Source: Acidobacteriota bacterium (GTDB lineage: Bacteria; Acidobacteriota; UBA6911; RPQK01; JAJDTT01). Taken from it: a stretch of DNA of 64,000 bases. Both the position numbers and the translations under genes were made by a program. The notes below the pieces were generated by a model. The model saw only the letters and a list, made by a program, of their open reading frames with translations, did not search any database and was not told the origin of the DNA. Where the stretch lies: assembly GCA_965222655.1 (NCBI GenBank), contig CBDCUP010000019.1:280825-344824 (forward strand), given 5' to 3'. Shown in pieces: positions 49,879 to 60,090 of this stretch; position 1 is the stretch's first letter; each line of letters opens with the position of its first letter.

Positions 49879-51512
49879 CCCTGTGAAATGGCCAGGGCCA
49901 ACAGCGCTGCCCCAGGGGAGATTAGAGCCATAGCAATCCCGCAGATCCAGAGCCAGCCGGTGGTCAGTCGCCCCGGGAGAATGCGCTTATCCACATCATG
50001 GTAGCGCAGGTACAAGGCTCCCAGACCCTGGATCGGATACATCAGGACTGCAATCATACTGGACATCATCAGCATCAGGGGTGGGTTTTCGAAGAGGCTG
50101 TAAGAAAAAGAATAGAGTCCCAACGCAACGACGATCAGGATACGAATCACCTTCAGGCGTCCCGGGTAATCCGCAGGATCGATGAATCCCAGGACGCAGA
50201 AGGTGTCGGCTATCAGTCGGCTGAGGCCGGCGGCCCCGGAGAGCACAGTCGAAAACAGGACGACGAAGGCTCCCACTACAAACAAGGTGGCAGCCCAGCT
50301 GCCCAGGCTCTCAGTGTAGACGAGGCTGAGTGTCCTGAGGGTCTCGGGACCCTCGGGATTGAGCTCCATTCGATTCAGGATGGTGGCCCCTAGAAAATAG
50401 AAGCAGACGGTGCCGACGGTGTAGATCCCCAGTGCAAACAGGACGTCGGCGTACATCACCCGGATCCACCCACGGGCCCGCCGGGGCCATTCCGGACCCG
50501 GCACGTTGGCTCCGGCGAAGCGAGCGTATCCCTTCTCAACACAGAAATAGGTGTAGCTGCACATCTCGCCCCAGGCAATTCCGGTACCTGCGTACATGGC
50601 CAGGGCCGTGAGCGCAACGCCTGCCGCAAGCGGACTGGGGAAGGAGAAAGACAGTCCCTGGACGACGTCTTCAGGCGTGACCGCGTAACCGGTCCACTGC
50701 AACAGGATGGTACACACGATCGTTGTCACGGTGAAAGTAGCGACCATGCCCAGCGAAATTTTTTCGAGCGCCGAGTACCTGCCACTGATCAGGAGGACCG
50801 CACAAACCACGGCGGCGATGACAGCCCACTTGGTGCTGCCTCCGCTGCCCAGTAGATCGGGAAAGGCCAACTGCAATGCCTGGCCGGCACCTCCGAGAAT
50901 TGCTCCTCCATTGATGAAGAAAAGGAGCGAGATCGACAGCCACAGACAGGTGAACCAGTTGACATCAGGTCTGGGCTGGGTCGTCTCCATGCGGAAGAGA
51001 CCCGGTTTCCCTCTCTTCCTATGGGCAGCAATCACAACAGCCGAGATCAGCGCTCCGACGACAATTGCCGCCCCAATCGCTACCTCGGAAAAAGACGCGC
51101 GGTGTTCGCCAAGCAGGGTATAGATACCCAATCCGATGAAGGAGAGAAGTAGGACTGTCGCCAGCCACTCGAGGCTCAGCCAAGCCGGACGTTGAAAGCG
51201 GGGCCCGGGAAGGTCGCCAAAAACCTGGAGAAATGTCTTGCCGCTCGAGATTGTGTGTCGAGCAAGCTCGGCCTGGACGACGAATTTTCCGAAGCAGGAA
51301 ACAAACACCAGCCAGAGCATGAAGAAACCGGCCTCTGCTCCTAACTTGGTGGTCATGATGAGCTCGCCGGAACCGACGATTGCTCCCAGCAGAATCACCC
51401 CCGGTCCCAGATGTCTCAGCACCGACCCGAGTTTCTGGGGAGGCTCGCGAAAGCTGTCCTCACTGCGGGCATACGGATCCACGACCGGACTCTGATTGTC
51501 GGTAGTAGACAT
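49854..51512 (-). CDS. Nramp-family-like membrane transporter with non-canonical metal-site motif
   Basis: About 11 TM; GPGVILLGAIVGSGELIMTTKLGAEAGF aligns to the Nramp GPG...DPGN region but carries GSGE instead of DPGN. Confidence 0.55.
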   Translation of the reverse strand: MSTTDNQSPVVDPYARSEDSFREPPQKLGSVLRHLGPGVILLGAIVGSGELIMTTKLGAEAGFFMLWLVFVSCFGKFVVQAELARHTISSGKTFLQVFGDLPGPRFQRPAWLSLEWLATVLLLSFIGLGIYTLLGEHRASFSEVAIGAAIVVGALISAVVIAAHRKRGKPGLFRMETTQPRPDVNWFTCLWLSISLLFFINGGAILGGAGQALQLAFPDLLGSGGSTKWAVIAAVVCAVLLISGRYSALEKISLGMVATFTVTTIVCTILLQWTGYAVTPEDVVQGLSFSFPSPLAAGVALTALAMYAGTGIAWGEMCSYTYFCVEKGYARFAGANVPGPEWPRRARGWIRVMYADVLFALGIYTVGTVCFYFLGATILNRMELNPEGPETLRTLSLVYTESLGSWAATLFVVGAFVVLFSTVLSGAAGLSRLIADTFCVLGFIDPADYPGRLKVIRILIVVALGLYSFSYSLFENPPLMLMMSSMIAVLMYPIQGLGALYLRYHDVDKRILPGRLTTGWLWICGIAMALISPGAALLALAISQGWIEMSGG

Positions 51513-51624
51513 AACGAGCTCTCGCCAGAGAGCGATGGCCTTCCTCCAGGGTCAATCAACCCAGACTCTAAAGGCCAAGCTCGACCGAAGCAACCGTTCG
51601 CTCCTTTTGCCCTCGCCCCCGCTC

Positions 51625-51695
51625 CTGCCCTTGCCTCTGCCTTTGCCTTTGCCTTTGCCTTTGCCTTTGCCTTTGCCTCTGATTTTGATTTTTCA
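51625..51695. repeat. hexanucleotide microsatellite (CCTTTG/CCTCTG), about 8 units
   Basis: cccttgcctctgcctttgcctttgcctttgcctttgcctttgcctttgcctctgattttgatttt in the divergent promoter region between 49854-51512 and 51820-55059. Confidence 0.85.
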
Positions 51696-51819
51696 TCCAA
51701 GGTTCCACGGGCAAAGGCAAAGGCAAGTGTCAGGATGAGGGACGCACGCAGGACCCAGTCTTTTTGACCTTGCTTTAGCCCCGGGTTACAATCGGTCGCA
51801 AAGGAGCTAGCGACCCTGA

Positions 51820-54800
51820 TTGCTTTCAAAACCCGGATACCGAAATCCCAGAGAGATCATGGCTGTGCGATCTGAATCTCGCTCTCACTTACCTTCTATT
51901 CTCGGCGTTGTTCTGTGCATGATGCTCTGCGGAGCGTCTGCCGTCGCCGCCTCCAAGCTTGATGAATCGACTGTCGAGTTCAATCGGGATATCAGGCCCA
52001 TCCTCTCGGACAAATGCTATGCCTGTCATGGACCCGATGAGAACAAGCGGCTGACGAAGCTGCGATTTGACACCGAGGAGGGCGCGCTTGCGGATCTAGG
52101 AGGCCGCTTCGCGATCGTACGCGGGAGTCCCGGGCAGAGCGGGATTGTCAGCAGAATCACCACCGACATCGAAGCACAGAAAATGCCACCGGTGTACTCC
52201 GGAAAGGAGCTCACCGAACATCAAGTTGATCTGCTCCGGCGCTGGGTCTCTCAGGGTGCCAAGTGGCAGAGGCACTGGGCGTTCATACCGCCCGGACGGC
52301 CAGAGCTGCCCCACCTGGAGGACAGCAGGTGGGCTCGGATCGGACTGGACCATTTCATTCTCCAGCGGCTCGAAAAAGAAGGCCTGGACCCTTCACCCGA
52401 AGCGCACCTTGCCACCCAGATCCGCCGGCTGACACTCGATCTGACTGGCCTCCCGCCGACCCCCGCCGAAGTGGATGCCTTTCTCACTGACAGCTCTCCA
52501 GATGCTTACGAGAAGGTAGTCGATCGTCTGCTCCAATCCCCGCGCTACGCCGAGAAGATGGCGAGCCGCTGGCTGGATGCGGCCCGATATGCCGATACCA
52601 ACGGCTATCAGACGGATGCCGAGCGAAGCATGTGGAGGTGGCGCGATTGGGTCATTGATGCCTTCGACAAGAACATGCCCTTCGATCAGTTCACGATTGA
52701 GCAGATCGCCGGAGACATGCTGCCAAACGCTACTCTCGAGCAGAAGATCGCCAGCGGTTTCAATCGCAACCATCGCGGCAATGGGGAAGGCGGAATCGTT
52801 CCCGAAGAGTACTCCGTCGAATATGTAGTCGATCGGGTAGAGACGACTTCAACCGTGTGGTTGGGGCTGACGATGGGATGCGCCCGCTGCCACGATCACA
52901 AGTACGATCCCATCAAACAGAAGGATTTCTACCGGGTCTTTGCCTACTTCAACAACGTTCCCGAGCGGGGACGCGCCTTCAAGTTCGGCAATTCCGCGCC
53001 CTTCATCCCGGCGCCCACGCCGAGCCAGCTGCAGCAGCTGGGAAAGCTGGAGGCGAAACTGGCCGGGGCCGAGGAGCAGTTCGAAGCACTAGGTTCCGAG
53101 ATCGAGGAGTCGAAGCGGATCTGGGAAGCCTCTCTGGCCCAGTCCACGATCCTGGATTGGTCCTTCGACCGGGACCTGCTTCTTCGCTACCCGCTCGACG
53201 GCTCGCTGGCCGGTCAACCCAGCGGTTTCAAGGATAAGAAACCAGTCCAGGTCCGGCTGCTCGACGGCATGCCCCATTTCGTATCCGGGCGGCTGGGGGC
53301 TGCTGCCAGCTTCGACGGAAAGCGGTTTCTGGAAGCTGGAGATGTTGCGGAACTGGGCTTTTTCGACCGATTCTCTCTTTCCGCCTGGGTTTACCCGACA
53401 GCCCCGGACGGCCCCATCCTGGGACGGAATTTCGATACCCCGGAGGTTGGCGATCATGGGTTCAAGGGCTACGGCCTGTATCTGAGGGAGGGCAAGGTAC
53501 AACTGAATCTGGTGACTCGTTGGTTGGACGACTCCCTTCGAATCGAGACGGCGGAGCCGCTCGAATTGAACCGCTGGCACCACGTCGCTGCGACCTATGA
53601 TGGCACCCGTGTCGCAGAAGGTACCAGGATCTACGTCAACGGTCAGGCCAGCGCCCTCAACGTGAGGCTGAACCTGCTCAACCAGGATTTCCGTCTCCCC
53701 AACTCCTTCCGGATCGGCGCTGCGGGTGCTCGTCGCTTCTCCGGTCTAATCGATGAGGTTCGGGTCTACACAGAAGTCTTGTCCCCTCAGGAAGTCGCCG
53801 TGATCTCGCTGGCCGACAGCGTGAATGAGATCGCCGCCCTGCCTCCCGAAGGCCGCAGTCAGTCCCAGACTGACAAGCTTCGGTGGTGCTTCCTCGACCA
53901 GTACGCCGCCCCAAACATCCACAAGGCCTGGCAGCAGTTGCAGGATCTGCGCCGGCAGAAGCAGGAGATGGTCCGCGGCTTCCCCACCGTTATGGTGATG
54001 CATGAGGGAAAGACCCGCGATACCTTTGTGCTGGTCCGCGGCGCCTACGATAGACCCGGGGAAAAGGTGCTTCCCGGGGTGCCCTCTTTCCTTCCCCAAC
54101 TGCAGGAAGGTTGGGCCAACAACCGGATCGGATTGGCCCGCTGGCTGGTGGCTCCCGAGAATCCACTCACCGCACGGGTGACGGTGAACCGTTTCTGGCA
54201 GACGTATTTCGGCGTCGGGCTGGTCAAGACCGCCGAGGATTTTGGTTCGCAGGGTGAATGGCCGCTGCATCTGGAACTTCTGGACTGGCTCGCCACCGAG
54301 TTTGTTTCCAGCGGCTGGGACGTCAAGGCACTTCAGAAAACGATCGTGATGAGCGCGACCTACCGACAGTCCTCGAAGGTGCGGCCCGAGCTGCTGAAAC
54401 GAGATCCGGAGAATCGGTTGCTGGCTCGGGGTCCGCGTTTCCGGTTGCCGGCAGAAGTCGTGCGTGACCAGGCGCTGGCGGTTTCGGGTTTGCTCGTAGA
54501 GCAGGTTGGCGGACCCTCCGTCAAGCCTTATCAGCCGGCTGGACTCTGGTCGGATTTAGCTGGAGGCGAGGATTACCAGAGAGGCGAAGGCAGCGATCTC
54601 TACCGCCGAAGCCTCTACACCTTCTGGAAACGGACCTCGGCCCCCCCCTCCATGACCACTTTTGACTCCGGCCAGCGTGAGACTTGCTCGGTTAGGCAGG
54701 AACGGACCAACACCCCTCTTCAGGCCCTCAACCTGATGAACGACGTAACTTATGTGGAAGCATCCCGGGTGCTGGCTCAGCGGATGATGGAGGAGGGCGG

Positions 54801-55059
54801 TAAGACGCCAGCGGAGCGGATTGCCTTTGCCTACAAGGTGGTCACGGCCCGGACACCCCAGTCCAGCGAGGGCGGGATTCTACTCGAGGGTTTCCAGCAC
54901 TACTTGCGAGATTATCGGGACGATCGCGGGGCCGCCCTGAAGCTGGTTTCCCAGGGCGAGCATCCTCGCAATCTGGCTCTGGACGTCGCCGAGCTGGCCT
55001 CCTATGCCACGGTTGCCAGCCTGATCCTCAATCTTGACCGGGCCATTACCAAGGAGTGA
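51820..55059 (+). CDS. PSCyt1/DUF1549/DUF1553 domain protein (planctomycete-type cytochrome c domain; LamG-like middle domain)
   Basis: Signal peptide; CYACHG heme motif; characteristic DUF1549 and DUF1553 stretches (WLDAARYADTNGY..., RLLARGPRFRLPAEVVRDQALAVSGLL...). Confidence 0.85.
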   Translation: MLSKPGYRNPREIMAVRSESRSHLPSILGVVLCMMLCGASAVAASKLDESTVEFNRDIRPILSDKCYACHGPDENKRLTKLRFDTEEGALADLGGRFAIVRGSPGQSGIVSRITTDIEAQKMPPVYSGKELTEHQVDLLRRWVSQGAKWQRHWAFIPPGRPELPHLEDSRWARIGLDHFILQRLEKEGLDPSPEAHLATQIRRLTLDLTGLPPTPAEVDAFLTDSSPDAYEKVVDRLLQSPRYAEKMASRWLDAARYADTNGYQTDAERSMWRWRDWVIDAFDKNMPFDQFTIEQIAGDMLPNATLEQKIASGFNRNHRGNGEGGIVPEEYSVEYVVDRVETTSTVWLGLTMGCARCHDHKYDPIKQKDFYRVFAYFNNVPERGRAFKFGNSAPFIPAPTPSQLQQLGKLEAKLAGAEEQFEALGSEIEESKRIWEASLAQSTILDWSFDRDLLLRYPLDGSLAGQPSGFKDKKPVQVRLLDGMPHFVSGRLGAAASFDGKRFLEAGDVAELGFFDRFSLSAWVYPTAPDGPILGRNFDTPEVGDHGFKGYGLYLREGKVQLNLVTRWLDDSLRIETAEPLELNRWHHVAATYDGTRVAEGTRIYVNGQASALNVRLNLLNQDFRLPNSFRIGAAGARRFSGLIDEVRVYTEVLSPQEVAVISLADSVNEIAALPPEGRSQSQTDKLRWCFLDQYAAPNIHKAWQQLQDLRRQKQEMVRGFPTVMVMHEGKTRDTFVLVRGAYDRPGEKVLPGVPSFLPQLQEGWANNRIGLARWLVAPENPLTARVTVNRFWQTYFGVGLVKTAEDFGSQGEWPLHLELLDWLATEFVSSGWDVKALQKTIVMSATYRQSSKVRPELLKRDPENRLLARGPRFRLPAEVVRDQALAVSGLLVEQVGGPSVKPYQPAGLWSDLAGGEDYQRGEGSDLYRRSLYTFWKRTSAPPSMTTFDSGQRETCSVRQERTNTPLQALNLMNDVTYVEASRVLAQRMMEEGGKTPAERIAFAYKVVTARTPQSSEGGILLEGFQHYLRDYRDDRGAALKLVSQGEHPRNLALDVAELASYATVASLILNLDRAITKE

Positions 55060-55062
55060 TTC

Positions 55063-56535
55063 ATGGATCCCAGGCTTGATCGCCGATTGTCGATGACTCG
55101 CCGCCATTTCTTCGGATTGGGGAGCACTGGCATTGGTACCGCGGCACTGGCTACTCTTCTGGATCGCAGTCTGCTGGGTAGGACCGGACTGAAGGGTCCG
55201 GGTGATGGACCCGCTCAAGGCGGGTTGTCGGGGCTCCCGCATTTCGCTCCGAAAGCCAAGCGGATCATCTATCTGTTTCAGTCGGGTGCTCCTTCCCAGA
55301 TGGACTTGTTCGACTACAAACCGAAACTGGAGGCTCTGGCCGGTACGGAGCTGCCCGACTCGATTCGCAAGGGGCAGCGTTTGACCGGGATGACGGCCAC
55401 CCAATCCAGTTTTCCGGTGGCTCCATCGGTATTCGAGTTCGCCCAGCACGGCGCGTCCGGTGCCTGGGTCAGCGAGTTGATGCCGCATACGGCCAAGATT
55501 GCCGATGACCTCTCGTTCATCAAATCGATGCACACGGAGGCCATCAACCATGATCCTGCGATCACGTTTTTCCAGACCGGGGCCCAACTGGCAGGACGAC
55601 CCAGTATCGGCTCCTGGCTTTCCTACGGCCTAGGCAGCGAGAACCGGGATCTTCCGAGCTTCGTGGTTATGGTCTCCAGTGGCGAGGACGGTGCTGGACA
55701 ACCACTCTACGATCGACTCTGGGGAAGCGGGTTTCTCCCCACCCGGTATCAGGGGGTCAAGTTCCGCTCGATCGGGGACCCGGTGCTCTATCTATCGAAT
55801 CCGCCAGGACTGAGCAGACCCAACCGGCGCCGATTCCTGGACGATTTGAACCGGCTCAACCAGCTGCAGCTGGAGGAGTTTGGGGATCCGGAGATCGCGA
55901 CCCGGATCGAGCAGTATGAGATGGCCTATCGAATGCAGACGTCCGTCCCCGATCTAACAGACCTTTCAGGCGAACCGGAGCACGTATTCAAGCTCTACGG
56001 CCCCGAGGCAAAGAAGCCCGGGACATATGCGTACAACTGTTTGCTGGCCCGTCGTCTGACGGAACGCGGGGTCCGCTTTATTCAGCTTTTCCACCGCGGT
56101 TGGGACCAGCACACCACGCTGCCCGAGGAAATCAAGGTCCAGTGCAAAGACACCGATCAAGCTTCGGCGGCCCTGGTTCAGGATCTGAAGGAGCGGGGTC
56201 TGTTGGAGGACACGCTGGTAGTCTGGGGAGGCGAGTTTGGCAGGACGGTCTATTCACAAGGCAAGCTGACCGCGACCGATTATGGACGCGATCACCATCC
56301 CCGCTGCTTTTCCATCTGGCTGGCAGGCGGAGGCATCAAACCCGGTGTCATCTACGGTGAGACTGACGACTACGGCTACAACATCACGCGCGATCCAGTG
56401 CATGTCCACGATCTGCACGCGACCCTGCTCCACTGCCTGGGCATCGATCACACCAAGCTGACCTTCAAATACCAGGGGCGAGATTTCCGCCTGACCGACA
56501 TCCACGGAAAACTGGTAAAGAAGCTCCTAGCGTAG
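55063..56535 (+). CDS. DUF1501 (sulfatase-like) protein with Tat signal
   Basis: [20 protein letters not shown] twin-arginine signal; the DUF1501 pair partner of the DUF1553 protein, 3 bp downstream. Confidence 0.85.
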   Translation: MDPRLDRRLSMTRRHFFGLGSTGIGTAALATLLDRSLLGRTGLKGPGDGPAQGGLSGLPHFAPKAKRIIYLFQSGAPSQMDLFDYKPKLEALAGTELPDSIRKGQRLTGMTATQSSFPVAPSVFEFAQHGASGAWVSELMPHTAKIADDLSFIKSMHTEAINHDPAITFFQTGAQLAGRPSIGSWLSYGLGSENRDLPSFVVMVSSGEDGAGQPLYDRLWGSGFLPTRYQGVKFRSIGDPVLYLSNPPGLSRPNRRRFLDDLNRLNQLQLEEFGDPEIATRIEQYEMAYRMQTSVPDLTDLSGEPEHVFKLYGPEAKKPGTYAYNCLLARRLTERGVRFIQLFHRGWDQHTTLPEEIKVQCKDTDQASAALVQDLKERGLLEDTLVVWGGEFGRTVYSQGKLTATDYGRDHHPRCFSIWLAGGGIKPGVIYGETDDYGYNITRDPVHVHDLHATLLHCLGIDHTKLTFKYQGRDFRLTDIHGKLVKKLLA

Positions 56536-56549
56536 CGTCCCTTTCTTTG

Positions 56550-56712
56550 CCCGTGCCCGTGCCCGACTTTATGTTCTTGCTGAGTTGACCACGAGACCCC
56601 GGTTTCGCCACCATTTGCCATGAACGTTCCACGCCAGAGAAAGACGAAGGGATTGTGGAAACACGCCCCGCGCACGGGCACGGGTAAGGGCAAAGGCAAG
56701 GGAGGAAAGGGG
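56550..56712. repeat. inverted CCCGTG/GGCAAA simple-repeat pair between convergent genes
   Basis: ctttgcccgtgcccgtgcccg (56545-56566) is reverse-complementary to cgcacgggcacgggtaagggcaaaggcaagg (56671-56702). Confidence 0.7.
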
Positions 56713-56754
56713 TCGAAGGACGTGCGACGTGCAGACGTTCCGACGTGCGACGAC

Positions 56755-58158
56755 CTATCGTCCCAACGCCGCCGCCATCTCTTCAACAGTAGTGAACTTG
56801 ACTCTGGGCCTACCCGACTGGAGCCCCTTTTCCCGCTCGATCTCGTCTATCCTCTGCCAATCCGCGTAGGAGAAGTAGTCGGGACGGTTACGTCGAATCA
56901 GTGTCTCGGTATCGCTGCTCCCCTGGCGCGAGGGCTTTAACGTCAACCCCGCCTTCAGGTCTTCAAGCATGCAGGACACGGTTTCCAGGGCGTCCGGTTT
57001 GTTGGTGCCGATGACTCCGTTGGGCCCGCGCTTGATCCAGCCTGCCGTGTATTCACCTACGATAGGCTTCCGAGTCTCCGGCTCCACAACTCGACCCTTC
57101 TCGTTGAGGATTACACCCCATTTCGGATTGAAGGGAATGTCTGAGAGCGGCAGGCCCTTGTAGCCAATGGATCTGAACACCAGGCCAACCTCGAGTTCCT
57201 CAAACCTGTCAGTAGCTCTGGGGCGGAGCGTTCCCATGTCGGTGGAATAGAGTTCGTTCTGGACCAGTCGCATAGCCTTCACCTGACCTGAGCTGCCCAG
57301 GATCTCAACCGGAGAAACCAGGAAGCGAAGGTGGATGGTGCGCGACTGGCCAGCCCGCTCGCGGGAGGCAATCTTCTCCAGAATCTCAATTCTCTTCAAT
57401 GCGACCCGATCGTTCTCTCGCTCTAACGCCTGCTGGCTCAAGGAGTCGGGGGTTGCCTCCTCCGGAGGAATAGTGACGTGGACATTATCCAACTCCCCCA
57501 ATTCCTTGATCTCAGGATTGGTAAAGGCCGCCTGTGCCGGCCCTCGTCGTCCCAGCATGTAGACTTCTCGCACCCGGCTTTGGCGGAGCTGCTCGAGGGC
57601 ATAATCCGCAATGTCCGTCTGCGCTAGATCCTCGGGAGTGCGACTCAGAATCCGGATCACGTCAATAGCCACGTTGCCCAGACCGACTACTGCAGCCCGC
57701 TCTTGGGACAAGTCGAACTCATAGTCGCGAAAGTCGGGGTGGCCGTTGTACCAGGCCACGAAATCGGTAGCTGAATAGCTACCCTTCAGGTTTTCGCCGG
57801 GTATGCCGAGGTTGCGGTCTGATGGGGCGCCCGTAGTGTAGATGATCTGGTGATAGTGGTCTCGCAGCTGGGCCCGGGTAATATCACGTCCCAACCCAAC
57901 CTGGCCAAAGAATTTGAAGCCGGGATTGGCTGCAGTCCGGTCGAAAGTCCTGGTGACCGCCTTGATCCGCTGATGATCGGGAGCGACGCCATTTCGAACC
58001 AGACCGAAAGGCGTCGGAAGACGATCGAACATGTCGATCTCGACGATGATACCGTCCTGCCGGAACAGATGCTCAGCGGCATAGAAACCCGCTGGTCCCG
58101 CACCAACAATCGCGACCCGCAGCGGGCAGTCGCTGGTACCTGGCTTGGCCATCTTCAA
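56755..58158 (-). CDS. FprA-type FAD-dependent ferredoxin-NADP+ reductase-like oxidoreductase
   Basis: VAIVGAGPAGFYAA FAD-binding GxGxxG, second Rossmann motif VVGLGNVAIDV; about 460 aa adrenodoxin-reductase-like layout. Confidence 0.65.
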   Translation of the reverse strand: MKMAKPGTSDCPLRVAIVGAGPAGFYAAEHLFRQDGIIVEIDMFDRLPTPFGLVRNGVAPDHQRIKAVTRTFDRTAANPGFKFFGQVGLGRDITRAQLRDHYHQIIYTTGAPSDRNLGIPGENLKGSYSATDFVAWYNGHPDFRDYEFDLSQERAAVVGLGNVAIDVIRILSRTPEDLAQTDIADYALEQLRQSRVREVYMLGRRGPAQAAFTNPEIKELGELDNVHVTIPPEEATPDSLSQQALERENDRVALKRIEILEKIASRERAGQSRTIHLRFLVSPVEILGSSGQVKAMRLVQNELYSTDMGTLRPRATDRFEELEVGLVFRSIGYKGLPLSDIPFNPKWGVILNEKGRVVEPETRKPIVGEYTAGWIKRGPNGVIGTNKPDALETVSCMLEDLKAGLTLKPSRQGSSDTETLIRRNRPDYFSYADWQRIDEIEREKGLQSGRPRVKFTTVEEMAAALGR

Positions 58159-58201
58159 TGACTTCCTCTACTGGAGAGATGTGGGGGGCAGGGTGCAGGC
58201 T

Positions 58202-58630
58202 TCAAACCGTGGAAAGCCGGGTCTGAAGAGATTCGACCTGGCCTTCATACTGGTCCCGCTGTGTCCGGACGACATCCATGATCGAGATGATGCCAACGAG
58301 CTCGCCGTTGTCGACGACGGGAAGATGGCGAAATCTCTTTTCAGTCATGGTATTAGCCACAAGCCTCGCGTCATCGGTGGGGCTGGTTATGATCACTTCC
58401 TGAGTCATGAGACTGTCTACCCGCCGGTCGAACACCGCCTCGTCCCTGGCCGCTCCGCGAACGATATCTCGCTCGGAAAGGATGCCCATGGGATGATTGG
58501 TCTCGTCTACTACAACCAGGGCGCCGATATTATGTCGGGCTAGTAAAGCGAGTGCCTCCCTGATCGAATCGTCGGGGCGGACGACGACGACGCTCGAGCA
58601 TTTGGTAGCAAGGATTCTCTCGACGTTCAT
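58202..58630 (-). CDS. CBS-domain pair protein
   Basis: Two CBS repeats (HNIGALVVVDE..., RHLPVVDNGELVGIISIMDV). Confidence 0.75.
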   Translation of the reverse strand: MNVERILATKCSSVVVVRPDDSIREALALLARHNIGALVVVDETNHPMGILSERDIVRGAARDEAVFDRRVDSLMTQEVIITSPTDDARLVANTMTEKRFRHLPVVDNGELVGIISIMDVVRTQRDQYEGQVESLQTRLSTV

Positions 58631-58716
58631 CTTCGTGGAAGCTCCTTAATTCAATACCACCTCTGACCCCTCATCATACTGTTCGAGAGTCTTGGGTTCA
58701 ACGGCAGCGGCCGGTT

Positions 58717-59139
58717 CTACTCGTCTTCCGGATCGACGCGAGAGCGGACTTGTTTCATCTTGCTGCGGTGATGCTTGGCGCGGAGTCTTCGCTCGGCTGC
58801 GGCCCGGGTGGCGACCGTTGGGATCCGAGGAGTTGCTTGAGCAAGAGCCTCCGAGAGCAGGCGTACAAACCGCTCCTGAGCCTCCTGCCGGTTCAAGTGC
58901 TGACTGCGGTGACGCTGACAGACGACCCGAAGTATCCCGGCTCGACTGACCCGGGTGCTCAGACGGCTTCCTACTCGCCGCTTTTCCTCCTCGCTAAGGC
59001 TATCTGTCTTCTCCAGGTTGAACAAGAGCGTGACGCGAGTGCTGACCTTGTTGACGTGTTGGCCACCAGGCCCGCTGCTCCTGGCCGCGGTAAAGCGGAT
59101 CTCATCGTCCGGTATTGAAAGGCTACGGTTGATCTGGAC
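58717..59139 (-). CDS. arfB: peptidyl-tRNA hydrolase ArfB (alternative ribosome-rescue factor B)
   Basis: GGQHVNKVSTRV GGQ motif and basic C-terminal tail. Confidence 0.75.
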   Translation of the reverse strand, partial: VQINRSLSIPDDEIRFTAARSSGPGGQHVNKVSTRVTLLFNLEKTDSLSEEEKRRVGSRLSTRVSRAGILRVVCQRHRSQHLNRQEAQERFVRLLSEALAQATPRIPTVATRAAAERRLRAKHHRSKMKQVRSRVDPEDE

Positions 59140-59156
59140 CATTGGAAGTAGACTAT

Positions 59157-59331
59157 CCCGCATTTCTCATCGCTGGTCTACTGCGTCGCCGCAACCATCC
59201 GTCCTGGCTGCGTTACGCTCTCTCGGCCTCCTCGACGTACTGCACGAGTACGACTGCGGGGGCCTCGGTCGCAAGCCTTGCCAGGACGGCCCTTGCGGCG
59301 CCTCGCTACGACAAGCGATGAGAAATCCGGG
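59157..59331. repeat. 175-bp MITE-like element, copy 2
   Basis: See 37209-37383. Confidence 0.8.
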
Positions 59332-60090
59332 CTATAACCTTCCGAGAACGACCATCGAACCCGTAGGTTGAGGACTTCCTCCCTTGGGCTCTATGGTCAG
59401 CGCGAACGCTTGGAGTGCCACGACTCCCGCAGGAAGATTCAGCTGAAGCTCGGTGACCTGACCCAGGCTTTGGAACACCGTCGAGGGGTGAGGCGCCTTA
59501 TCCTTCTCGATCACCCACAGCTGAAAATCTTGATCTTCACTCAGCGCGGGTAGGTTGTGTAAGAAGACAGTAGCTCGTTCCTCCTCGGTCTGGACAAACA
59601 CACTCCCGGCGACTGATTCGTAGTTGGTGAGTCCCACGAGATTGATGAACTTGAGGTCCGGGCGCGCCAGCTCGTTCACCTTGATGTTCAAGTCCTGATT
59701 AGCGATACGCAGCCGCTCGACCTCGGCTTGCAAAGAGCTGATCGTAAGGTCCTTTTGGTAGCTGACCTGGTAGAAGCGCAGCAGGACCGCTGCTCCCAGG
59801 ATAAGCAGGATGGAGGCGGCAATCGCTGCGGCGCGCCACCAGGATCCCTTGTGCTCAACGGAGCCATGAGTCTTGGAGATTTCCTCGAGCAAAGCCTCCT
59901 TTACGGAGGGCGCGGGAGTGCTTTGGGGTAAGGCATGCGGGAGGCTGTGGAGGACCTCCTCCAGCTCCACCAACTTTTCCCTGCACTCCGAACACTCGAC
60001 CAGATGGTCCTCAAACTCTCGAGATTGAGGTTCTCCTAGAGTGCCCAGGACATACTCGATGTAGTGTTCTCCGAATCTTTGCTCAGCCAT
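59332..60090 (-). CDS. anti-sigma factor (zinc-finger N-terminus, single TM, periplasmic C-domain)
   Basis: H..EC.EC..... N-terminal motif (DHLVECSECREKL), TM segment; overlaps the sigma-factor gene by 8 bp. Confidence 0.65.
   Translation of the reverse strand: MAEQRFGEHYIEYVLGTLGEPQSREFEDHLVECSECREKLVELEEVLHSLPHALPQSTPAPSVKEALLEEISKTHGSVEHKGSWWRAAAIAASILLILGAAVLLRFYQVSYQKDLTISSLQAEVERLRIANQDLNIKVNELARPDLKFINLVGLTNYESVAGSVFVQTEEERATVFLHNLPALSEDQDFQLWVIEKDKAPHPSTVFQSLGQVTELQLNLPAGVVALQAFALTIEPKGGSPQPTGSMVVLGRL

Noticed and set aside
51600-51700. CRISPR array
   Set aside because: The repeats are 6-bp tandem units without spacers. No cas genes are nearby. It is a microsatellite, not CRISPR.
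51496-51738. ORF encoding an LPLPLPLP peptide and ORF 56620-56940 encoding a GKGKGKG peptide
   Set aside because: They are translations of the hexanucleotide microsatellites. They are not credible genes.
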